This document shows positions 54,688 through 63,547 of a DNA stretch of 64,000 bases, one piece after another. Each line of letters begins with the position of its first letter. The first letter of the stretch is position 1. The DNA is from Pedobacter sp. Its GTDB lineage: Bacteria > Desulfobacterota > Desulfuromonadia > Desulfuromonadales > Syntrophotaleaceae. Where the stretch lies: NCBI GenBank assembly GCA_050253415.1, contig JBFWJC010000003.1:288001-352000 (forward strand), read 5' to 3'. Under the pieces are notes generated by a model. That model worked only from the letters and a program-made list of their open reading frames with translations. It did not search any database and was not told where the DNA came from. Position numbers and translations under genes: made by a program.

Positions 54688-55746
54688 ATGGAAACAAACA
54701 ACAAACATATCGTGGTGGCCATGAGTGGCGGCGTCGATTCCACCGTGGCGGCGGCCCTGTTATTGGCTGAGGGACATCAAGTGTCCGGCTTGACCATGCG
54801 GGTGTGGGATACCGAGCCTCTGGCCGAGGGGCAGGATCCTGCACATATCCAGGATGCCCGCAGAGTCGCAAAAGATCTTGGAATCCCTTTGCATGTCGTG
54901 GATCTGCGTGAGGAATTCCGGCAACAGGTGGTCACGCCGTTCTGCACGGAGTACTTCGCAGGTCGTACGCCCAACCCTTGCGTATTGTGCAACCGCGTTT
55001 TCAAGTTTCGCCGTTTGTTGCAGGAGGCCGATCGGCTTGGCGCCGATGCCCTGGCCACCGGACATTATGCCAGGATCGTTGAAGATGGCCATTTACGCAT
55101 CTTGGCCAAGGGAGCCAATCAGCATAAGGATCAGAGCTATTTTCTGTTTACCTTGACTCAACAGCAGTTGCAGCGGGTCGTCTTTCCCCTTGGGGGAATG
55201 AACAAAGATGACGTGCGTGCTCATGCGCAGCGCCTGGGTCTGCATGTCGCGCAAAAAGGCGATAGCCAGGATATCTGTTTTATCCCGGATGGCGACTATA
55301 TCGGTTTTCTCGAACGTCAATCCGATGCACCCAGTGTCGAAGGTTCCATCGTACATGTCTCAGGCAAGGTCCTTGGTAAACACCGCGGAGCTTATCGCTT
55401 TACCATCGGGCAGCGTCGTGGTCTGGGCATTGCGTGGCCGGAACCTTTGTATGTCATTGCCATCGATGCCGCCAGGCAGCAAGTCGTGGTGGGGGAACTC
55501 GAACACCTGAAAGTCGACCGGTTGGTAACCACCGGGACCAATTGGATTGTCCCCGCGCCGCAGCAACCGTTGCGGGCTCGCTGCCGCATCCGTTATCGCC
55601 ATCACGAGGCGTTATGCACTCTGGTGGTGCTGGATGATGAGCGGGTCGAAGTGCGCTTTGACGAACCGCAAAATGGTGTCACCCCCGGGCAGGCAGCGGT
55701 GTTTTATGATGGAGATCGGGTGTTGGGCGGAGGCTGGATTGCATGA
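54688..55746 (+). CDS. mnmA: tRNA 2-thiouridine(34) synthase
   Basis: AMSGGVDS, TPNPCVLCN, ATGHYA, KDQSYFL, SQDICF and PGQ motifs. Confidence 0.95.
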   Translation: METNNKHIVVAMSGGVDSTVAAALLLAEGHQVSGLTMRVWDTEPLAEGQDPAHIQDARRVAKDLGIPLHVVDLREEFRQQVVTPFCTEYFAGRTPNPCVLCNRVFKFRRLLQEADRLGADALATGHYARIVEDGHLRILAKGANQHKDQSYFLFTLTQQQLQRVVFPLGGMNKDDVRAHAQRLGLHVAQKGDSQDICFIPDGDYIGFLERQSDAPSVEGSIVHVSGKVLGKHRGAYRFTIGQRRGLGIAWPEPLYVIAIDAARQQVVVGELEHLKVDRLVTTGTNWIVPAPQQPLRARCRIRYRHHEALCTLVVLDDERVEVRFDEPQNGVTPGQAAVFYDGDRVLGGGWIA

Positions 55747-57032
55747 AAGGCACCTATGCCATTGTCACGCTCGGCTGCAAGACCAATCAGTTTGAATCCA
55801 CCGCCATGGCCGAGCAATTGGAACAGGCTGGATTTGAGCGGGTCGATTACAGCACCGGCGCCGCACTGGTCATCGTCAATACCTGTACCGTCACCGCCGC
55901 CACCGACAGTCAGTCGCGTAATCTCATTCGCCGGGCCAGGCGCCTCAATCCGACCTGTCGGGTGGTTGTCACCGGTTGCTATGCCCAGGTCGATCCTGCC
56001 GCTCTGGAAAATCTGCCGGGAGTCGACCTGGTTCTGGGCAATGAAGAAAAGGGCGAACTGCTGAAGTGGCTGAGCACCGATGGGCCGAAAGTCCGCGTAG
56101 GCGATATCCGCCAGGCCAGCGGCGTGACTTTTGATCTTAATTCCTTCGGCAGCCGCAGCCGTGCTTTTGTTCAAATCCAGAATGGCTGCAATGCCTTCTG
56201 TTCTTATTGCATTATTCCCCATGCCAGAGGCCCCAGTCGCTCTGCGTTGCCGGAACAGATTCTGGAGCAGGTGTCGAAATTCTGTGCGGCCGGTTTCCCG
56301 GAAATCGTTCTGACCGGTATTCATGTCGGAGGTTACGGCAACGACCTGCAGCCGCCTTCGACTCTGGCGGCTTTGGTGCGCCGGTTACTGGAATCAACGG
56401 AGGTCAGGCGCCTGCGCATTGGTTCCATAGAGCCGCTGGAATTATCGGCCGAGCTTATCGAACTTGTAGCCCAGTCCGAGCGACTCTGCCCGCATTTCCA
56501 TATTCCGCTGCAGGCCGGTGATGACGGCATCCTCAAGGCCATGAATCGCCATTATTCGGTCGACTATTTCCGCAGCCTTGTTCAGGGGATTAAGTCACGA
56601 TTACCGGATGCCGCTATTGGTCTGGACGTTATTACCGGTTTTCCCGGCGAAACGGAGCAGGCGTTCGTCAATACCATGGACCTTATAACGGAACTTCCTG
56701 TGAGCCATTTGCATGTGTTCCCCTTCAGTCGACGACCCGGTACGCCAGCGGCCACCATGCCGCAGCAGGTACCCGGGGATGTAGCGCGCCAGCGCGCCGC
56801 GCTACTGCGTACCCTCGGGGAAACCAAGCAGCGGAACTATGCGCACCGCTTTGTCGGTCGACGGCTCGATGTTGTGGTGGAAGGGAAAAAACGCAACGGT
56901 TGGCGGAACGGTCTGAGTAAACATTATCTTCCGGTATCGTTTGCTGCGCCTGCCGATTTTGACAGGCGATCGGTCACCGTTGAGATCCTTGAAAGTCGGG
57001 AAGAAGGATTGATTGGCAGGTTGGTCGATTGA
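55743..57032 (+). CDS. mtaB: tRNA t6A37 methylthiotransferase
   Basis: TLGCKTNQFES, NTCTVT, GCYAQ, GCNAFCSYC and HVFPFSRRPGT motifs. Confidence 0.92.
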   Translation: MKGTYAIVTLGCKTNQFESTAMAEQLEQAGFERVDYSTGAALVIVNTCTVTAATDSQSRNLIRRARRLNPTCRVVVTGCYAQVDPAALENLPGVDLVLGNEEKGELLKWLSTDGPKVRVGDIRQASGVTFDLNSFGSRSRAFVQIQNGCNAFCSYCIIPHARGPSRSALPEQILEQVSKFCAAGFPEIVLTGIHVGGYGNDLQPPSTLAALVRRLLESTEVRRLRIGSIEPLELSAELIELVAQSERLCPHFHIPLQAGDDGILKAMNRHYSVDYFRSLVQGIKSRLPDAAIGLDVITGFPGETEQAFVNTMDLITELPVSHLHVFPFSRRPGTPAATMPQQVPGDVARQRAALLRTLGETKQRNYAHRFVGRRLDVVVEGKKRNGWRNGLSKHYLPVSFAAPADFDRRSVTVEILESREEGLIGRLVD

Positions 57033-57115
57033 GACCTTCAAGATCCATAAGGCAACGTAAAAAGCCCTGTTTAAAAACCAGGCCGTTTACTTAAGGTGTT
57101 GAAGAATGGTTATGG

Positions 57116-57148
57116 AAAAGGCTCCTCAATGTTTGAGGAGCCTTTTTT
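57116..57148 (+). terminator. intrinsic terminator ending the cysE-mtaB operon
   Basis: AAAAGGCTCCTCAA-TGT-TTGAGGAGCCTTTTTT. Confidence 0.85.
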
Positions 57149-57301
57149 CATTTTATGCCCAAACAAGCAACAAGTGAAAATGATTGTGATCAGTGCCAGG
57201 CGAAACATTTTGGGGAGGTCTTTAAGAGCATAATTGATAAGCGTAGTACAAAATCATCCCTGTCCCCAACGCGTTTAGATAATTTCCCGTAGCGGAAGCG
57301 C

Positions 57302-57330
57302 TTGACTCACTGCATGGGTAAATATACATT
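57302..57330 (+). promoter_or_regulatory. sigma70-type promoter of the orphan secreted-protein gene
   Basis: TTGACT(57302-57307)-17 nt-TACATT(57325-57330). Confidence 0.55.
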
Positions 57331-57384
57331 ATGCAAAGCTTAATATTTGATTGGGACTCGGCATCTTATCGGCGGGAGGTATAT

Positions 57385-58206
57385 ATGCGGCGGTGGCAAC
57401 TCTTTGGGGCAAAATTGAATGGTTCGGTCTGGTCGGCAACCCTGATGCTGATGTTGGCGCTGCTTTGGGGTGCGCCGCAAACGGCCTTTGCTGGGGACAG
57501 TGACCTGCCACCGGCCATTGCAAACTCTAAAGACGCAGGAATAAAAAAAGCGTACTTATGGACAATAACCGGGAATTACACCGACGCAAGAGTAGTATTA
57601 ATGGGAGGAAGAGTAAGCGGTACATCAATCCAAATGCAATCCTTTTACGAAGACCCAGCAGTTATGATAACAATCATGACATACAACATAACAGCAGGAA
57701 GAAGTATGCAGATAGATCTAGGAACAGATGCTCCTTGGGATCAAAAAAAACTAGAAGAACAATATCCCGCACAATACAATTTTTTGCTAGGATTCTCAGG
57801 ATTTTTAGCTATTCATAAAGAACATAACAGGAAAATAGGTTATTCCGAAATTGAAAAAGATCTCCTCAAATCAATCTCCTACGCCGCCTATCCGGACAAG
57901 CAGCTAGCCATGCAGAAATACGCGCTATACCAGGGGACGACCACGCTGGATGAAAAGATAAAGTTCGTAGACGAGATACTTAAAAGAGCGGAGCAGTCGG
58001 ATTTTGTGCACCAAAGGTGGATAGCGAATAGTACTGCTTGGTTGGTAAACCATTATTGGTTAACCGCCAAAAAGGACAACGATCCAACTCATCAACTCAT
58101 GCGCCTTTTTGCAGACCACTTGGAAAAGCCTCTGGATAAATTGGACAAAGGCTTAATTGTCAGGGACCGAGAAGGCACTAAGAGATATCTCAACAAGTAT
58201 ATGTGA
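57385..58206 (+). CDS. hypothetical secreted/periplasmic protein (273 aa)
   Basis: GGGAGGT RBS before ATG 57385; signal peptide ending TAFA; no family recognised. Confidence 0.7.
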   Translation: MRRWQLFGAKLNGSVWSATLMLMLALLWGAPQTAFAGDSDLPPAIANSKDAGIKKAYLWTITGNYTDARVVLMGGRVSGTSIQMQSFYEDPAVMITIMTYNITAGRSMQIDLGTDAPWDQKKLEEQYPAQYNFLLGFSGFLAIHKEHNRKIGYSEIEKDLLKSISYAAYPDKQLAMQKYALYQGTTTLDEKIKFVDEILKRAEQSDFVHQRWIANSTAWLVNHYWLTAKKDNDPTHQLMRLFADHLEKPLDKLDKGLIVRDREGTKRYLNKYM

Positions 58207-58292
58207 AATTAGGTGTCAGTAAGCCCCCTACTATATGGGGCCTTACCTTTTGCGGTTTCCGTACAGAGTACAGGTAAAATTGAAGAATTTTG

Positions 58293-58457
58293 CGATATAG
58301 CGGTGCCCGTTTGAAAGAGCTGGGAGCGTATTTTGGGCTGAGCGAGTCGGGCGTGTCTCAGCTCAGCCGCAGGTTTGAGTCCTGGATGGACGAGAAGGAA
58401 GCGGTAAAAAAGGAGGTTGAGGGCATCATTGAAAAGCTGGGCTTGTCAAGAGTGTAG
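58293..58457 (+). pseudogene. C-terminal remnant of a putative RAYT/Y1 transposase (DnaA-C-like HTH)
   Basis: RYSGARLKELGAYFGLSESGVSQLSRR...LSRV*, preceded by an in-frame stop (58281-58283), with no N-terminal catalytic domain. Confidence 0.55.
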
Positions 58458-58458
58458 A

Positions 58459-58523
58459 CCTGACACAAATAAACTCCTAATAAACTCCCCTGACACTAAT
58501 AAACTCCCCCTTATAAACTCCCC
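58459..58523 (+). repeat. short stuttered repeat cluster
   Basis: ATAAACTCC at 58469, 58480, 58499 and 58513; CCTGACAC at 58459 and 58489. Confidence 0.85.
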
Positions 58524-58736
58524 ATGCATGAATGGCTGGAGGTTTTATGGACTTGTTGAAAGACTGGGGTTGCCACAACCGAAAATTGTCCCATACCCAC
58601 GACATAAAAGCTTGGTGTTGGTTTAGGTGCTTTCGCGAACTGCGGATGTGGATATTCACGAAGAGCCCGGTGCGGTAGTTCCGCACGTCGGGATCTGTGC
58701 CGGGGCGGTCGGGTAACCGGCTGCGCCTACGGCGGC
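58524..58736 (+). mobile_element. 5'-truncated group II intron (end of maturase ORF plus domains V and VI)
   Basis: D5 GAGCCCGGTGCGGTAGTTCCGCACGTCGGGATC (58663-58695), then TGTGC and a D6-like hairpin. The upstream peptide MNGWRFYGLVERLGLPQPKIVPYP resembles a maturase C-terminus. Confidence 0.8.
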
Positions 58737-58852
58737 TGTACAATAAGTGTATCAATAAAGGGATCGCTGTTTTGATACTTAATATGAAAATTGTTTTCCT
58801 ATAGGTTTCTTCTCTAAGTTAATTAACCTAAGTCACTTAAAGGAGAAAAATT

Positions 58853-60457
58853 ATGGGTTCATTCATTCAACAGATGCCAAGTTTAGGATATTTCAACAAG
58901 ATCATCTGCGATAGTTTAGGTTTGTGGTCTACTGACAAGAAAGATATATTGTTTGCTGTCCCAGCCACAGAGAAAGAAAGAAGAAAGGCATTAAAAGACG
59001 CATTTGCAGCTATTCAAAAAGATGATGGGTCGTATGGCTCTCATGATGAATTAATTTCAGAAACTACTAAAAATCATCCTAAACAGAAAGCAATAGTTAA
59101 AAAGAATAAAACAATTCAAGATTACACCAATCATTTGTCAAAAGAAGATTTCTCTTCACCCTATGAATTTATTGAGGTTAGCGAGTACGTTAATATTGTT
59201 ATAGGCGATAAATTTACAGACAAAGAACTATATAAGTTTGTTTCAGAATTTTATGCGTTATCAATAATGTATTACAGAGAGTTTATTAGGGAGCATGCGG
59301 TAAAGCCAAAGGCCCAACTAGATTCATATCTTTTTTTCGTAAAGAACATTTTAATTCGTCTAATAGCGTCGTTGAATTATAGAGCGTCAACAAAAGCCTG
59401 TTCCAAAAATTACGAGGGGATTGTTAATGACCTCGATGAATGGCCCCTTAGAACATTCGTAGATTCTATGGCTGACTTATGTGGTGTTTCACTATACAAG
59501 CTACACCAGTTTCATGAATTTAGGCTAAATAACAAAAAGTATTCCGATAAAAAAATATGGGAGATTGACCTTGCTTCACAGCCAACAAATACAAGGTCAA
59601 AACAAGTTATTGAGAGGTTGAAAAAACCGAATAAAATTAAGTGGGATACATTTTATGATATTGTAAAGCCACTTATACCTATCCTTCCCAAAGACACTGA
59701 CAAAGAAACTTTTAGGGTTAAGGCCTATGCAGCATTTTTGACTCACAATATAAAAAATCATATCCGCAAAATAACTTTGTCTGACAAGATTGACATGCTT
59801 CCATCGCAAGATTGGAACTACCCTGAAATTGAAGTCGAAAACAGTTGCATTCCTATAAGTGATAGAATTGATTCAATGTTAAATAATGTTGAGGGAGTTG
59901 ATAAGGTTGCTGTTCAAGCGTCAATGGATAGATATCATAGCTTAACAAAAAGGTTGGTGCACACAAATCTCTCACTGCTCCATGATTTTGAAGTTCCAAA
60001 TACACTTGTTTTGTTATATAGCAAACAATTAGTAGATGTTCCAATAGATGTTTTACTAAAAAAACTAAAAAAGGCTCCATTGTGGCTAAAAGAGATGAGC
60101 TTAGCGAGGAACTCAGTTAAATCAAGAAAACCTGTTTCTGCTTTGCAACATTATAAAAAATCTCTTGAAGCGGCAAAATATTCAGCCGGACCTTTATTTG
60201 TTCTTTTATATATTGATATCTGTGCATTTTGCAAGAATCAATACCATGAGTTAAAAAAACGAAACGAAGAGGATTTGTTTGATAGATTTTATGATCCTTT
60301 AGGTAGTGAGGTTACGAAATACGCAGATTTATTAGGTTATACACCAAGTTTTTCTCGTGATCCTATAACATTGATACCAAAGTCGAATGCGTCCAAAAAG
60401 GATGGATTGATAGTACATAAGATAGACACTATGGCAGGCATGCTTGCGAAAATATAA
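58853..60457 (+). CDS. hypothetical protein (534 aa, AT-rich, probably helical)
   Basis: Long intact ORF in AT-rich DNA with an AAGGAG RBS; no family recognised. Confidence 0.8.
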   Translation: MGSFIQQMPSLGYFNKIICDSLGLWSTDKKDILFAVPATEKERRKALKDAFAAIQKDDGSYGSHDELISETTKNHPKQKAIVKKNKTIQDYTNHLSKEDFSSPYEFIEVSEYVNIVIGDKFTDKELYKFVSEFYALSIMYYREFIREHAVKPKAQLDSYLFFVKNILIRLIASLNYRASTKACSKNYEGIVNDLDEWPLRTFVDSMADLCGVSLYKLHQFHEFRLNNKKYSDKKIWEIDLASQPTNTRSKQVIERLKKPNKIKWDTFYDIVKPLIPILPKDTDKETFRVKAYAAFLTHNIKNHIRKITLSDKIDMLPSQDWNYPEIEVENSCIPISDRIDSMLNNVEGVDKVAVQASMDRYHSLTKRLVHTNLSLLHDFEVPNTLVLLYSKQLVDVPIDVLLKKLKKAPLWLKEMSLARNSVKSRKPVSALQHYKKSLEAAKYSAGPLFVLLYIDICAFCKNQYHELKKRNEEDLFDRFYDPLGSEVTKYADLLGYTPSFSRDPITLIPKSNASKKDGLIVHKIDTMAGMLAKI

Positions 60458-60552
60458 ATATTTGTGACTCGCCTTGGAGGCGGACCAAGTTAACTTGCTG
60501 AAAATGCCTGATTTTACATCCATAAAGGCCTTAACAAACCACTTTAAGTGAG

Positions 60553-60588
60553 TTCGGGGGACCTAATACTCATTAGGATATCCCCGAA
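60553..60588. repeat. REP-like imperfect palindrome
   Basis: TTCGGGGG-A-CCTAAT-ACTC-ATTAGG-ATA-TCCCCGAA. Confidence 0.5.
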
Positions 60589-60647
60589 ATTACCACGGGA
60601 TTACCCGCGAACGTAGGAACTAACCGCAGTCAATCCGATCAACAATT

Positions 60648-60684
60648 AAAAAAAGGCCAGACGAATCGTATCGTCTGGCCTTTT
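60648..60684. terminator. bidirectional terminator
   Basis: A-tract-GGCCAGACGA-ATCGTA-TCGTCTGGCC-TTTT between convergent ORFs. Confidence 0.8.
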
Positions 60685-60691
60685 GGCGTTT

Positions 60692-61318
60692 TCAGTTCGG
60701 GGCAATCGGAATGCCGGACGATTCCCGGGCTATGGCTCCTTGAGCAGCCCGCCTGACTTCCGGCAGCAGAATCGGCGCCATACCTTTCATTACCTGCAGT
60801 GGCAGGGCCGAGGTGAAGGAGAAGTTCTCAGCCGAACTGCCGGTGACAAAGGCGGTCAGGATGCCGAAATGATGGTCTCCCAGATAGAAGACAAAGGTGG
60901 CGGTGCGGCTAATGGCCCGTGAGGAGGTTTTGTATCCGCGGGAGGTCGAGGTCACGATGCGGTTGTCGCCGGTCCCTGTTTTGCCGCCGATCGGCAGGGG
61001 CTGTCCATCCTCCAGCAGAAAGGTGTTGTTGAGGTGTTGGGCGGTGCCTGCGCTTACCACCTGTCCCAGTGCTACCTTCAGCACCCGGGCGACCTCCGGC
61101 TCCATGACCTGGACCGGCCTGGCCAGGGGATACTCGACGATGGTCTCATAGGGGGTATTCCCGGCGAACTCTAACCAGTTGAAGCGAAGGGTAGGGTAGC
61201 GTTGGCCGACATTGAGGATGATCGATATCAGTTGGGCCAGCGTGGCAGGTCGGTTTCCGGAGCTGCTGAGGTTCGTGGCCAGTGAGGGAACCAGCTGATC
61301 GAAGGGATATCCCAGGTT
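60692..61318 (-). pseudogene. 5'-truncated duplicate of the C-terminus of a transglycosylase/PBP-like gene
   Basis: Open frame NLGYPFDQLVPSLAT...GGKTGTGD...APN* with a TAA just upstream; highly similar to 63548-64000. Confidence 0.75.
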
Positions 61319-61372
61319 GTTTTAGTTAGAACCTGTCGGCTGTGAGAGAGTGCGTTCGGTGGTAAATATAAG

Positions 61373-61409
61373 AAAGGCAAAGACAGCCAATTAGGCTGTC
61401 TTTGCCTTT
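61373..61409 (-). terminator. 16-bp hairpin, probable terminator of the small Cys-rich gene
   Basis: AAAGGCAAAGACAGCC-AATTA-GGCTGTCTTTGCCTTT. Confidence 0.65.
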
Positions 61410-61430
61410 GTGGGTAAGCATTTATGAGAT

Positions 61431-61464
61431 GGGACAGGCACCTTGTTGGCAAGGGGCCTGTCCC
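61431..61464. repeat. REP-like palindrome GGGACAGGC...GCCTGTCCC
   Basis: GGGACAGGC-A-CCTTG-TTGG-CAAGG-G-GCCTGTCCC; a related half-site CCTGTCCCC lies near 57259. Confidence 0.55.
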
Positions 61465-61475
61465 CTTTTCGTCCC

Positions 61476-61661
61476 CTACACTTCGATGTCACAGAAGATT
61501 TTTGCATCCTCAGTTTTGGCCGGTTTGCAGAGATCGGCTTTGTTGTGAGAAACCGCGCAGCATGTGACGCATGAATATTCACCGCCTTTGTCTCTCAAAA
61601 TCTCCGATCGAAGTTCACTGGGGTCACTAATTTCACATATTTTTCTGGTTGATTTTTCCAT
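61476..61661 (-). CDS. small cysteine-rich protein (61 aa)
   Basis: Strong GGGAGG RBS; KIC...CVTCC.....LCKP...FC; followed by hairpins. Confidence 0.7.
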   Translation of the reverse strand: MEKSTRKICEISDPSELRSEILRDKGGEYSCVTCCAVSHNKADLCKPAKTEDAKIFCDIEV

Positions 61662-61962
61662 TGATTTAACCTCCCTTCAGGAGAGGGGTAGCCATTTGTT
61701 TTCATCCCGAACCTCCGAGTGAAATTCACTCTGTCTTTATGCTACTAATTTTTGAAAATTATGGCAACTATTCAAAAAATAAAGATAAATCATCAATTAA
61801 TGCCAATGGCATCGTCCCCGGAGCCGGAGGTCAGTCGATGTTGCTGCAACCCTCCCTACATTTTCGCCGCGATCCCGCATGCAGCCGGTAGGGAGGAGAG
61901 CATTGCAGCTGTTCGCGATGAAAATATACATACCGGGAAGATCCCCATGCCCCGGGGCGGTT

Positions 61963-63510
61963 TTAGTTCCGGTCCCGCCGGGCCCACCAGGTCCAGGAAA
62001 TCGCCCCGGCCGGTTGTTCATGCCCCACGAACGTGGCGATATAACTGAACAGATAGCAGGCGGCGACCGTGACCAGGAGATTGGCAACCGCGTAGTACTG
62101 CAGCGCTAGCCGGCTAACCGTCAGCGAGATGGCCAGGCTGGCGACAATGCCGACGAGTCCGCCCGACAACATCCTCGGCGCGTTGACCCGGTGGCTGACC
62201 ATGCCGAGTGTCAACAGGGCCAGCAAGGGGCTGCCCAGGGCGTTGATCATTTTGTTTACGATCATGAACAGGCTGTTTTTGGGGCCGATCAGGACAATCA
62301 GGGAAAGGGCCATGGCGGTAGAGAGGACCCCCAGAGCCAGAGTCAGGCGACGGTCGATAACGGCGATGGACTGTTTTCGGGCCGCGGCCGGCCGGAACAA
62401 GCGGGGATGAAAATCGATCATCCAGGCCGCCGAGCATGCGTTGATCCCGGAATCGATGCTCGACATGGTGGCGGCCAGCAAACCGGCGACGACCAGTCCG
62501 GTCACCCCGGCGGGGAATGCACGAATTACCGCCGCCAGCTGCCCCATAGCCAGGCTTTTTTTCTGCAAGGGAGGCAACGATTCCCAGGAGATACCGGCCA
62601 ATACGCCGGTTTTTACCGCATGGGTGTAGATCGCCAGGCCGAACAGGACCAGCAGCGTCAGGGAGAGTACGGATACCAGGGCGCTGAACCACAGCCCCCG
62701 TTGCGCCGCGGACAGATTGCGGGCGGTGAAATAGCGCTGCATGACCACCTGGTCGGCACCGTAGCGGGCCATAAAAGCTACCAGCACGCCGAGAAAGCCG
62801 CTCCACAGCGTCATGCGGATGAAGGGATTGAGCGAGAGAAACTGCGGATCGAATGGTATGAAGGGTTTCAGCCGTCCCCCCTCGCGGGCGACGGCGAAAA
62901 TCTCGGCGAGGCCGCTTTCTCCACCGGCCAGAGCAAGGCCCAGGGCGATCCCGCCAAACAGCACGCAGAATTGAGCGACATCCGTCCACATAACCGCCCG
63001 CATACCGCCCACCGCGGTGTAGGCGGTGGCAACCAGGCCGCAGGTAAGGATGACGGCAGGGGTCGACAGCCCGGTCAAAACCGCCAGAATCTGTCCGGAA
63101 GCATAGAGCGCGGTCGCCATCCAGAACAGGCGCCATGCGATGAACAGACCGCTGGCCAGACAGCGCACCCGCCCGTCGAAACGGCGCTCCAGGTACTCAT
63201 AGGCGCTGGTCAGTTGCATGGCGTTGAAAAAAGGCATCCAGATGCGCGTGATCGGCCAGGCCGCAAGGAAGAACACCGGCAGTGCCACGGTGACATACAG
63301 GCCGTAGCCGAAAACCTCGTTGGGCAGGGCCACGTAATTGATCGCACTGAAGACGGTCACCATGACCGACAGTCCGATGGGAAACCAGCCCATGCTGCGA
63401 CCGGCCAAGAAGTAATCGCTATGGTTGCCTTGCGAAACCCGGAAATAGAGGCCGATTCCAAGAACCATGAACAGATATAGCGTCAGCACCGCATAATCGG
63501 TAAAACTCAT
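61963..63510 (-). CDS. sodium:solute symporter (SSS family)
   Basis: YFLAGRSMGW, AYEYLERRF, GGMRAVMWTD, QRY and AATMSSIDS motifs. Confidence 0.92.
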   Translation of the reverse strand: MSFTDYAVLTLYLFMVLGIGLYFRVSQGNHSDYFLAGRSMGWFPIGLSVMVTVFSAINYVALPNEVFGYGLYVTVALPVFFLAAWPITRIWMPFFNAMQLTSAYEYLERRFDGRVRCLASGLFIAWRLFWMATALYASGQILAVLTGLSTPAVILTCGLVATAYTAVGGMRAVMWTDVAQFCVLFGGIALGLALAGGESGLAEIFAVAREGGRLKPFIPFDPQFLSLNPFIRMTLWSGFLGVLVAFMARYGADQVVMQRYFTARNLSAAQRGLWFSALVSVLSLTLLVLFGLAIYTHAVKTGVLAGISWESLPPLQKKSLAMGQLAAVIRAFPAGVTGLVVAGLLAATMSSIDSGINACSAAWMIDFHPRLFRPAAARKQSIAVIDRRLTLALGVLSTAMALSLIVLIGPKNSLFMIVNKMINALGSPLLALLTLGMVSHRVNAPRMLSGGLVGIVASLAISLTVSRLALQYYAVANLLVTVAACYLFSYIATFVGHEQPAGAISWTWWARRDRN

Positions 63511-63547
63511 CGATTGCCCCTCGGAGAAAAATTATCCGGCTGTTGTC

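Noticed and set aside
58459..58523. Possible CRISPR array
   Set aside because: The repeats are only 9-19 nt with irregular, very short spacing. There are no unique ~30-nt spacers and no cas genes.
58417..58626. 69-aa ORF as a real gene
   Set aside because: It is a chimeric read-through of the transposase remnant, the stutter repeats and the intron maturase tail.
60526..60560. Integron attC site after the 534-aa orphan (CCTTAAC...GTTCGGG)
   Set aside because: The core sites are too close together, lack the internal L-box pairing, and there is no integrase or second site in the window.
60692..61105. 137-aa ORF as an independent gene
   Set aside because: The ATG is an internal Met of the PBP-like frame. 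PBP-like sequence continues about 70 codons upstream and then stops abruptly.
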